Virus record (IMG/VR): IMGVR_UViG_3300037264_002513
Location: 1-61,600 of that record
Direction: 5' to 3' (one strand)
DNA from: a virus
Taxonomy: Duplodnaviria > Caudoviricetes
Length of the DNA stretch: 61,600 nt
The position numbers were made by a program, and so were the translations under genes. The stretch's first letter is position 1. The number at the start of each line of letters is the position of its first letter. The notes under the pieces are model-generated. The model was given only the letters and a program-made list of their open reading frames with translations, ran no database searches and had not been told where the DNA came from. Shown here piece by piece: positions 16,367 to 28,300 of this stretch.

Positions 16367-19300
16367 CAGCGTCCTCCTTCAGCTGCCGGCTCCGCAGCCC
16401 GCGTAAGCCGGGGTTTCGTCACCCACCCGTGCATCGTCGAGGGCACCTTCACCAGCAACCCCGGGCTGACCGGCGGGTGCCGCTCGGGCAACGACGCCTC
16501 GCCGTTGGCGTAGCGAGCCATGTCGATCACGGCATCGTACAGGCGGTCGTAGATCTCGCGCTTCTCAGCAGGCGTGAGGTCAAACCGCTGGCGCACGAGG
16601 CGGATCTGCTGGGTCACGAGCCGAATCTGAGCATCCGCCCGACGCAGCCCGCTCAATTCCTGCGCGGCCTTGGCGTTCTTGGTGAGAAGGGCTTGTGCCT
16701 TGGGAATCTGGCCCTCCCGCACATACCGATTGACCATGCGCGAGTACTGCTCGAGCGACGCCTTCCGCTGCCGGAACCGTTCCAGGCTGGTCGCCTGTCC
16801 CGTCGCCTTCTGCCCGACAAACGCGCCGATGCCAGGCACGTCACGGAGCCCGCGCGAGGCCGACGGCGGCGCCCAGCCCGCCTTTTCCTCCGCCTTCGAG
16901 ACGAGGCTGGAGATGAATTGGCCGGTCGCCGAGGTGTAGCCGTAGATGATGTGGTCGAGCATCGCCGGCGCCAACCCGATGGCCGGTCCAACCTGCTTCG
17001 AGAATGTCGAGGTCCACTGTGAGTACTGCTGCTCCAGCGGGAGGTCGAGGTCGAACGGGCTGACAATCGGCCGCTTGCGGAACGTGTCGTAGTTCGCCGC
17101 CGCTTCCAGCACCGGCAAGACGGCTGTTGGAGCCAGCGCCAGGAACGCCTTGAGGAGGTCCGCGTCGCCGACGCCGGCAAACGGCAACCGCTGGATCGCT
17201 TCGGGGTCGTTGTCGACCGCCCAATCCAGGTAGGTTTCGAGCACGTTGCCGATATCGCCCACATCGAAGGGTCGAGGGATGCGGACCCACCCGCCTCGCC
17301 CATTCGGGATGTGCCAGAAGGCCGCGCGCTCCCATCCCGCCAGCTCGCGGTATTCGGGATCTTCGCGGTTCAGGAGCCACAACAACAGCCCCGGCAGGAG
17401 CCCATAGAGGAACGCCTTGAAGGCGTAGGCCGCGCGCTTGTCGGGGTCGCCCAACTCGGTGGCGATGCGCGTCCACCCGCCGATCCTCGCGCCGAGGAAG
17501 GCTTCGTAGCGGTTGTAGCGCCGCACGACAGACCCCATCTTGGCGAAGTCCTGCGTGGACTCACGCGCGGTAAACGCGGCGCGGGCTTCCCGCTCGGCCC
17601 CACCGATGCCCTGCGCGGCCAGCTTCTTCTCGGTTTCGCGGAAAGCCTGGAGGCGCGTGGCGTTGTCGCTCAGCTCGGCCAGGGCCCGCAGCCCCTCGAA
17701 CGGATTGAACACGGTCTTGTCGAGGGTGCGGCGGAGGCGGCCGTGCTGGAACTTCTTGATTTCGTTCTTCGCGTAGTCCCGGTCGACCGCAACGATGCTC
17801 GCCTGGGCCGCCTTTGCGGCACGGAACCGCTGCCAGGACTCATCGTTCTTGATGATCAGGCCCGCCGCCGCCAGCGTCTTCAGGAACGAGTGATGATAGG
17901 CGGCCTTCGTTTTGGCGTCGATGGTGTCGCGGATCGGGTTCCGCATCGCGAAGGACAGCGTTGAGGTCGCCGCGCGGCGCAGCAACGATGCCGCGCCCAC
18001 CGCGAACTTGGTGATCCAGTTCCGCGGCTGCTGCGGCTGCGCGTTGACGAGCAGCTCCCAGATCGCGTCATCGTGGACTTCGTACCATTCCCGCTTGCCG
18101 TCACGCAGGACCGTCACAATACGGGCGTCGCCCTGCGCGATGATAGCCGGCGTGAACACCGTGACCAGCGCATCGAACTCGATGTCGTTGGGAATCTCCT
18201 CGCCGACCGTAACCCCGTTCGCCGCGAGCACCGCGAGGATGGCCGACCGGACCCGATCCAGGTTGAACCGCGTCGCCACCTGTTTCATGCTGACCCGCTC
18301 GAGGAAGCGCGCGCCGCCCTCGTCGTGGATCAGGTCCACCAGTTTCAGCCTGGCGGTGTTTTCCTCGACCGTCCGCACGAAGGTAAACGTGTTCTTGATG
18401 GAGGTCACGATCGGGTCGACGATCCGGCGGGCGCTACCCGTGCGGGCCTTGATGGCCTGCGGCGTGTTCTGCTTCTTCGTCCCAGGCCCCCGGAAGGCCG
18501 CGTCGGCCGCGTCCATGACCCGCTCCCACGGCACGTAGCGGGTATTGCGCGCCCGCATCGCTTCCGCCGAGTCACGCGACAGGTAGTCGTGCTCCACCGC
18601 CCACTGGAGCAGCGTGTCCCAGTAGGCCGTCACCCGCTCGGCCGCGGTGACGAATCGCTCCGGCACCTCGGCCGCCATTGCAGCCTCGACCGTCGATGGT
18701 CGGATCCCCGTCTCGAGGCCCTGTTCGTGGTACTCCTGCGCACGGCGCGCCACGAGATAGGCCACGAACGGTCTGTAGTCCTTTCGGTTGAGCACCTCCC
18801 TGACGGCCGTGAGGAACCCCGGCCCCATGATGGTGCCGTCCGCGCGCCGAATATGGTCTTCGAGAAAGGTTTGCGCCTCGCCCGAAGTGCCGGCCAACGT
18901 GCGGAACGCCACGTAGGCGCTGCTGCCGTAGTCCTTGACCGGCAACCCCTTCTCCATCGCCTGTTCCACGCGCAGGATCGGCAGGTTGTCGTCGTTCAGC
19001 GCGTCGTTGAGCTTCTGGAGGGCATCCCTGGGGTCTGACGTGGTGCCCAGCACCCAGTCGCGGAAGCGGCTCCACCGGCCAGGCTCGCCGTTCCAGTCGA
19101 TGCGCTCCTCGAGCTCCTGTTCCGGCGTCATCGCCAGAAGGCCCTGAATCTGGGCCTGCTGCTCGCGGAAGAAGGCCCCGAGGGCCTTGTCCGAGTTGAG
19201 ATACGCCTCGAACAGGGCGGTAAACGCCGGGGCCTGCGTCGCCGCGGCCTCGGGCTCGGTGAACCAGAGGCGGAGGTATTCGGCCGCGCCTTCCTTCCGC

Positions 19301-22300
19301 TTGTACTGGCGGTCTTTCAGCTTGCTCGGCGGCGTCGTCACCTCGCCGAGGGCTTCGAGCTCGACGGCCACCGCCCGGTTGGCGCCCGCGGCGCGCGCCG
19401 GCCGGATCTGCATCACGGCCTTGTCGACGTGGTGTCCCAGCTCGTGCAGGATGACCTGGAGATCCTTCGACACCTTCGTACGAATCGCCCACACATCCGG
19501 CTTGTAGATGCCGCCGGCGCGCTGCTGGAACCGCCGCACGCTCATGGGCACGTCGGCAAAGAACTTCTGGAACGCGGCCAGGATCTCGTCCCGGTTCATC
19601 TGGGGCCCCGCCGGCCCGGGGGCGGAGGCACGCGTCGGCAACGCTGACCGGGCTGGCAAGGGCATCATGTGGCGCCGCGGGGCCCCGCCGCCCATCGGCA
19701 TCGCGTCCTCGTCGTCCTCGTCGCTCGGGGGTTCCTCGGCTGCTGGCTCCCGACCCGGCGTCTCAGGCGCTTCGTCCTGCCCAACCGACACGCGCAGCCG
19801 GCGCACCTCAGCCTCCAGGGCCTCGAGCTCCGCATCTTGGCCGAACTGCTTACCGAGCACTTCGAGGTGGCCCTTACGGTCCTCAGCCCACTGCGCCAGG
19901 CTCTTGCGGGAGAACCCGCCGAGCTTCTCCAGGGCCTCTCGCTTGGTGTGCGCGTCGAGGCTCCGGCGGTAGTCGGGCGGCACCTTCTCATCCCACTCGG
20001 GCAGCGAGGCGAACGGCAGCACCGTGCGGAGCGGCCCCCGGCGCTTCTCGCCGATCGTCGTGTCGTTCGAGAGGAACAGCTGCGGCGCCTGGATCTGAAT
20101 CCGGTCGGTGGTCGGTTCGCCGTTGACGACCTTGAACTCGTCGCGGCCGTAGGCCTGGATGACCAGCACATAGGGGCCGACGCGGCCCACGACCACGGGA
20201 TCGCTTCGATAGCTGGCGTAGCCGCTCTGCAGGATCGCCTCGAGCTTGGCCTGGAACGCCTTGCGCGCGTCCGTATCCTTCAGGTCGAAGGTCAGCGGCG
20301 TGTCCAGTTCCTCTAGGTAGAACCGTGACGGGTTGTGCGTGATGATGGCCGTCGGCTTCTTGGCCCACTCGTCCAGCACCGCGAGGTCCGCGTCGTTCTG
20401 CGCGATGCGCTCCTCGTCGCGCTTGGCCTCGGCGTCGCCGGAGTCGATCGCCCGACGGGCCTTGCGCTGCCGCTGCAGAAAGTTGACCCGCCGGCCGCGA
20501 AGCGACCTCAGCTCCCGGTCCTTGTGGACGAGCGTGAGGGCGTCGGGATTGCCGCTCGCCAGCGCCGCGGCCGTCTTCTGATCCATCTGCGCCGGGTCGA
20601 GGTCTTCCATGCTGTCGAGCTCGCCGCGATAGAACTTCGTCAGAAAGTCCTGTTTGGTGGCCAGAAGGCCCCAGCGGTATTCCTCGAACGAGCCCTTCGT
20701 GACGTACCGGACGATCTCGACCTCCTTGTTGGTGTTGCCCTGCCGGATGCCCCGCGCTTCCTGCTGCTCCAGCCAGTCTGGCCGCCAGGGCGCGTCGAGC
20801 TCATGCACCGCCACCACGCGGGTCTGCACGTTCATGCCCGTGCCCATCTTGGCGCCCGTGCCGATGAGCACCCGGACGCGACCTTCGCGCACCGCCCGGA
20901 AGAGCCGGATCTTGTCGCCTGGCTCGGGCGCCTGGTGAATGAACGCGATTTCCTGGGGCTTGATGCCCTTGGCGATGAGCTTCCGTTTCAGATCCTTGTA
21001 GAGGTCACGGCCGGTTTCGAGCGAGGCGACGGCGTCGAGCACGGTCTGTTCCTCTTCCTCGTCCGTCACGATCTCGCCCTGATCCTCGTCGACTACCATC
21101 TTGTCGGCGTCGTCGAACGCCTCGACTCTTTGCCCTCCGAGGTTGAGCGGTTCCACCGTGCGCGGAGCCCCGGCGTTGAGGAAGACGAGCTGCGTGCCCA
21201 GGTCGTCCTGGGACGCCCGGTAGATGTCCGCGATCTTGTCAGCCGCCGCCACCAGCCGGCCCTGCGGGTTCTCCGGCGCCTCCGGGTCAATGAGGCGCAT
21301 GTCGATCGCTTCGAGGCTGGCCTGCGTGTAGATCTTGAGGTGGTTGTCGTCCTTCGGGTCGACCTTCCCACCCTTCAGGGCCTCCAGGCGATCCCGAATC
21401 TCGGCCATGAACTCTTCGTGTCCGGGCGGCGGGGGCGTGGTGATGACCGTCGGGCGGCCGTTCTTGATCGCCGGCAGCGTCACCACGGGCGTCCCGTCGG
21501 GGTTCTTCGCCTCAATGAGTTGCTGCGTCGTGAAGACATCCGCGAAGCGCCAGAAGAGGCCCGTGAGCTCGCGCAGGTTCACCCAGTACCGCAACCGTGT
21601 CCGCTCCTTGTAGCCGCCCCCCGGCTTCGGCTCGCTCTCCGGCGCGGCCACCGCGAAGGCATTGGCCCAGGCGTCGAACCCGGCCATCCCGACATCAGCG
21701 AGCTGCGGTTGCGCGAGATAGCGGAAGACGGTGTAGACCTCGCTCATGGTGTTCGTGACCGGCGTGCCCGTCATGAACACGAGATTACGACTCTTCGACT
21801 GCTCGTTCAGGTAGCGGGCCTTCAAGAACATATCCATCGACCGTGCGGCGTCGCTGCCCTTGAGCCCGACGATGTCGTTCTTCCCGGTCGAGAAGTAGAG
21901 GTTCTTGAACATGTGGGCTTCGTCGACAATCAGCCCATCCACGCCGAGCTCCTCGAAGGTGACCGGCGAGCTCTTCTTCTGCTGGTCGAGGCGCTTCCGC
22001 AGCCGCGCCCGCAGATTCAGGATGGCGCGGACGATGTCCTTCACGCTGGCCGTCGTGCCACGCCCGAACAGCCCTTTCTTCCCAGCCTCCTTCGCGTCGA
22101 CCTGATCCTTGAAGTCCTCCCGCGACACGTCCGCCTGTTCGGCGCCGTTGGCGATGAGTTCGTCTTCCTGCTGCTGAATGAACGCCTTGAGCGTCGCCAG
22201 CTTGACGGAAATCCGCAGGTACTGTGACTGCGCCATCACGATCGCGTCCCAGTCCTGGTTGGTGATACGGGCGATGAGCTCCTGGCGCCGGTCTTTCTGG

Positions 22301-25300
22301 AAATCGCTCTCATCGGGCACCAGCACGCGGGCGCCGGGGTAGACGTACTGGAAGTCTGCCCGCCACTGTTCAACCAGGTGGTTCGGGACCACGATCATCG
22401 GCTTGCGGGCGAGCCCGAGGCGCTTCCATTCTCCGGCAATCGCGATGCCGGCGAACGTCTTGCCGGCGCCCACCGCGTGGGCGATCATCGTGTTTCCGCC
22501 CTGGAGCGTGCGCCAGACCACGTTCTTCTGCCACGGGTGCCACCGCAGCTCGGGGTTGGCCCCGACGATCAGTATCCGCGAGCCGTCGAACTTCCTGGGC
22601 ACCTCGCGATTCAGCAGGGCGTTGTAGATGTTCGTCAGCGTCTCGGCGGCCTTGTCGTTGTTCTTCCACCACAAGGCCCACTGTTCGCGGAGCTGCTTCA
22701 AGGACTCCCGGTACTGGTCGGTTTTCTCCTGGCTGAAGATCTTGATCGTCTCGCCATCGACCTTTTCCTCGTTGTAGATGCGCGGGAGCCTGTTGTTCAA
22801 CGCCTCGTAGGCCCACTCGACGAAGTTCGTCCCTTCGGGCATGAACTCATGCGTCCCCCCGAAGCCGTCGACGTGGAACTCCGTCCGATGCTCGTTGTTC
22901 GAGAGCTTCACGGTGAGGCTGCTCGTGTTTCCCACGGCACGCAAGAAGGACTCATAGATGTCGTCGGGCACCCACGTCGCCCCGAACGGCGCCTCGAAGG
23001 TTTCCGGCGTCTTCGGCGCCGGCTGGACCTTCTCTAGGGCCTCGACGTTCGGCTTGAACGCGGGGTCGAGCTCGGCCGCGAACTGCGCCTGCTCCAGCTT
23101 CGTAACCACGTCCCCGGAGAGATATTCCTCGCGCGTGACCCAGACCTTCGTTTTCGGCTCGAAGAAGAGCTCGCCGGTGAGGCCCTTGGTCACGGCATCG
23201 GGCGTGCTCTCGAGCAAGCCGGCCATGTATTCGAGGTCGACGTGCCCCTTCCAGGCCAGGCTTTGCACGAGGGCGTCTTGTGGCGAGGCGGCCTTCGTGG
23301 GCTCCTCGACCTTGTCCACGACGCGCTTCGAGAAGATGTCGGCGAGGCCGATGAAGTCGACGACGCGCTTCTTCCGCCCGCTGGCGTCCTTCTCGCTGTA
23401 GGTTTCCGTGACCTCCAGCGTGATGATGCGCGACGCGTTCGGGTCGGCCTTGATCGCCCGCTTGTTCTCGGTCAGCGCGATACGCCCGAACCCGGCCACG
23501 AACGCCTCGTAGGTCTTGCGGAGCTCGGCCTGCGCGGCCTTCAGCGTGGCATCGTCCTGTCCGGTGGTCATCGCGTCGAGGACGACCTGGTAGGCGTCGC
23601 GCAGCGGGATGAACGCCTTGACGCGCGCAGCGGTCTTGCCGGTCAGCGGCACCCGCTCGGTCGTCCCGTTGTTGTAGACGGCGATGTGCTTACCGTCCAT
23701 GACGTAGGAGCCGTTCTTCGAGTCGAGCGGAACGTCCTTCGCGAACTTCCGCCGGTCAGGCCGCAGCGTGGCCTTGTAGGTGTTCTTCGGGAAGCTGTCC
23801 ACGACGCGCGCCAGGTCGTCAGGCGTCATCACCCCGGTGACGTTGTAGCCGGTCGCGCGGTAGTTCATCTTCCCGCTGCGGTCCTCCTCGCCAAGGATGT
23901 TCTCAGGATGCGCGACGAAGTACTCGTTCGTGTGGATGAACTCGTCGCGGCCTTTGTCCTCGTTCCACTCCTTACCCAGATCCTCGCGCTTGACCGACTC
24001 GATCCACCCCGGGATGCCCTGCGCGAGCGTGGCGCCAGGCTCCTTCTTCTGGAGCACGATCACGTCCGTCACGACCTCGGTGCCCGCGGTTGTCTTGAAC
24101 GCGGACGAGGGCATCCTGAACGCGCCCAGGAAATGCGCGCGGTCAGCGATGTAGGCTCGTACGGAGTCGTTCTGGCTATCCATCGTGTAGCGCGACGTGA
24201 CGAAGATCACGAGCCCGCCAGGTCGAACGGCGTCAAGAGCCTTGCCGAAGTAGTAGTTGTGAATCGACCGCGTCATCAGCGCGCGCGCGGGCGACACGAA
24301 GGCCGGGTCGAACACCTCAACCTTGCCGAACGGCACGTTCGAGATCACGAAGTCGTAGAACTCGTCGGGCACGCGGGCCTCTTCCAGGGGGCTGGCCTGG
24401 ACGATGGCGCCCTGGTAGAGCTGCTGCGCGATGGCCGCGGCGACCGGCTCCTTGTCGACGCCGAAGAGGACCGTCCGCGGGTGTTCCACGATGGCGGGCG
24501 GCATGGTCCCGAAGAAGTGGCCGGTCCCGATGGCCGGCTCGAGGATGCGCCCGCCCTTGAACCCCAACCGCTCGGCCAGGCTCCACAGCGCCCGCGGAAT
24601 GTCGGAGAACGAGTAGTGCGCGTTGATGACCGATTCGCCGAGATCCTTGAGCTCCGCTGGCGTGAGCAGCCGTTCGAGCTCTTCGCGGGCCTTGCCGAGC
24701 CGGGGGTCTTTCCCGGCAAGGTCGGCCGCCTTCTTCGAGGCGACGACCGGGGCGAGGTTGGTGTGCCCCCAGCCGATGTACTTGGCGAGGACGGCCTGCT
24801 CGTCGGCGGTCGCGGGGCGCTTCTGCGCGTCGAGTTGCTTGAGCAACCGGAGCGCCGCCATGTTGTTTTCGAGTTTGCCGATCCAGCTTCCGCCGGTGGT
24901 CAGCTCTTCGACATCGCTGATACGGAAGTGCTTGGGCCGCTCGCCGCGCGCGTGGGCGGTGACCACGTTCGGATCGTCGACATCGTCGGCGGTGTCCACA
25001 TCGCTGGCATCACCAGCTCGCTCACCTGGGCTGGGCTGGCGCCCTCCCCCAACATCAGCGCCTCCTCGCCGAGGGCCGCGTCGACCGCCTCGCGGACGGC
25101 CTGCTCCACCTTCAGCTTGCCCTCCGGCTGCTGGTGCAGCTTCCGCAGCGGCGGGCTGTTCGCCAGCCACACCTTCAGCACCTTCAGCTCGAGGCCCTCC
25201 AGGGGGTTGACCGGTGACACCGGCTTCGACGGCTGGCCTTCCTCGTACACCCGCTCCCGTGGTAGACGCTGCATCGGTGCCTTCTTCCTGTACTGTCGGC

Positions 25301-28300
25301 TCCGCCGGCAGGGTTGTCAAGACCTGGTGCGTGGACACCTCCTCGGCCTCGGGGTGGAGCAGGCTCCAGCCGGCGTCGAGGTAGATGGCCATCCGTTCCA
25401 CGGTCGGTCGGCCCAGCTGGTCGATCGCCTGCCGAACGGCCTCCCCGAACTCGTTGATGCCCTTGCGCGCGTAGACGCCCAGCAATTGCACGGCGAGCCC
25501 CGCCATCTCGGGGTCGATGCCGACGTTGAGCTGGTTCATCTTGGCGCGGATCTTCGCCAGGATGGCGGCTTCCTCGGCGTCGAGGGCGGCCTTGGTCGCC
25601 TCGTACTTCGTCGGAGCGGCCTTCGTCTGAGCCGTGGTCGGCGGCTTGAACTCGGCCGGCTTGGCGGGTTCCTCCGCCTTCTCGAAGTCGATGCGCTGCT
25701 GCCCCGCGGCCTCGAGGGCGTCCCGGCGCAGCCTGGTGATGGCTCGGTCGAGCTCGGTGCTCGGCTCCAGCTCGACGCCGAGGTGACCCTCGAGGAGCGC
25801 CGAGGCGAAGCTGAGCTCGTCCTGCGTCATCACGTCCACCGCGGCGTGGTAGGCGCGGACGTACGAGTGCCCGAGCACGTCGATGATGATCTGGCCCTCG
25901 GCCTCAAGCAGCTCGCGGCCCTTCTGGCTGGTCGCGTCGGCGTTCTTGTCCCAGGACTCGATGTGCGTCAGGAGGTCGTGCAGGGCCTCATTGGTGGCGC
26001 TGTCGTAGACGAGCGTGTTCTCGCGCCAGCCGAGCTCGGCCTCCATGGAAGCGAGGTCGTCCTGCTCGTACTTGGTCAGCCCAACATTCGTCTGCGAGTT
26101 CAAGAGTCCCTTGATGTCATCCTCGAGGCCCTTGTCGCTCGTCTCGAAGTGCTCGAAGTTCGGTCGGGTGGAGGCGGGGGAGGGGACGTGCTTGGCCACC
26201 GGGGCCTTGGACTCTTCCTCTTCCCGGCTTACCGTCGGTTCGATGCGCTCGAGGCCCGAGAGGTTTGTCCACTTCCCGTAGGTCTTCGTCGAGTCGAGCA
26301 TGAGCCGGGCCGCTGGCGGGTCTTCGGTGCGGATCTGCGTGATGATGCCGCTTCCCTCGAACCCGGTGACATGGTCCCCGACCTTGAACCCGCCGACCTC
26401 CGTAACCTCCGTCTTCACGCCCTCGCGGGTCGGGATAATCGTCGCCTTCGTGAAGGTGACCGCTGGCGCCTCGGCCTTCGTTTCCTGGCGCGTAACGTCG
26501 CGGGCATCCACCCCCATCGCCAGCCCGTCGGCGTCCCTCAGTGTGAGCAGGTCGCCCCTTCTAGCCGGCTTACCAACCGTGTAGGGTTTCCCGTTGTAGG
26601 TGACGGCATCGCCAGGCTCGAACTGGTCAGCCGCAGCCCCCTTGCTGATGATCTGGTCGATGGCAGGGCCGCGTTCTACCGGCGCCGTCTCCGTCTTCCT
26701 CGGCCGCTGCACGCCCGTCACGTTGTAGACCGTGTCCTCCACGCCAGGGCCAGGCTTGTGATACCAGACCTTCGACGGCGGGCTCCAGCGCCAGCCGGCC
26801 TTCTTGAGGCCGTCGAGGACGTTCGGCGCCGGCTTGCCAGGGAACTTCAGCTCGTAGTTCCCGGCCACCGTGCGGCGGACGCCGGCCTTCGGCCCCTCGT
26901 ACCAGGTGCCGTCCGAGGCCAACATGCCGGTCGACGTGGGCGGAGGGGCGGAAGAAGGAGCCGAGGGGGCTACTTCTTCCGTGACAGACGCCTCCGCGTT
27001 TGTGAGCTGGCCCGGGAGCAGCTCATAGAGCGCCTGTCCACCTGGACTGTTTCTCGTGTGTACGTCGCGGACGCGGACGCGGACCCACTTCCCGGCGACA
27101 CCCACGACCTCGCCAGTGCGAGTGTAGGAGGCTTCGCCAGGCCGCTGGTCAATCACCGACTTGAACGTAACCCGCGTGCCAACTGCGAACTCAGCAGGCT
27201 TGACCGGCGCTGGCTCTTCGGCCTCGGCCACCTCCGCTGGCGCTTCGCCACCGACCACGCGGATCTGATGCGGTTTTGCCCGCATCGTTTCTCGATACGA
27301 TCTGGCCCCTGGCGGCCACATGGGCTGCATCACCAGCGACGGGTGCTGGACCTTCGTGCGGCCCTCGGCGTCGGTGTCCTCGAGCACGTCGGTTTTCTTC
27401 CACTCGCCGTCGAAGTCGAGGACTTCAACCTCCTGGCCCTTCGTGAATCTCCCGGGTTCGCCGGCAGGAGTGGTCGGCTCGGCTACTTCTTCTGCGGCGG
27501 GGCCTTCGGCTTGACGTGCTGCGGGAGGTGCTTCGGGAGCTCGTACTCCCGGTCCCACCGCGCCGCGATCTTCGGGTGCTTCGCGTGCATCAGGCGGAGC
27601 TGCGCTAGGCTCTTGTACGGCATCGGGTTTCTCCTGCGGGACGACATCGGGCGGCAGCAGCCCCGCCTCCTGCATCCGGCGCTTCATCTCGGCCTTGGCG
27701 GCGGCCTTCTCCTCGGCGGTCGGGGGCTCGGCCGCCGGTGGGCCAGGCGTAGCAGCGACGGGCGGAGCGACCGCCGCGGAGGAGGGCGGCGGGGGTGGGC
27801 TCGGCGGCGCGGCCGCGGGGCCACGCGGAGGCTGCTGCTGGCGGCCAGCGGGCGGAACGTGCAGCTCCCGGCCGACCATCGGGACCGGCTCGGGACCGGG
27901 CTCTCGCGGGGGCCGTCCAGACGTGGCGAGCTCGGCAAGCCCTCTGACGGTCCCAGGAACGGCGAACGCCGCGGCCTCCACCACAAGCTGCCGGCCGAAC
28001 TCGCGCATCGCCTGCGCCCGCGCAGACTCCCCATGGACCGTTTCTGCCGTCGGCTCGCCCGTGACCATGCGAAGCATCGCCGGCTGCGGCTGACCTGGCT
28101 CGCGCAGGTAGGGCTGGGCGGCGCGCATCACCTCGCCGACCCGCTCCTCGAACATCTCGCCGATGATGCCGTTCCAACCCGACTTCGTCCGCACCTGGTC
28201 GAAGAAGTCGCGGACGCCCCGATCCGGGTGCAGCTGCAGCCAGCGCGAGAGCACGGCCTCCTTGAGCGCCACGATGCGGTTGGCGACCGGGAGTTTGGCG

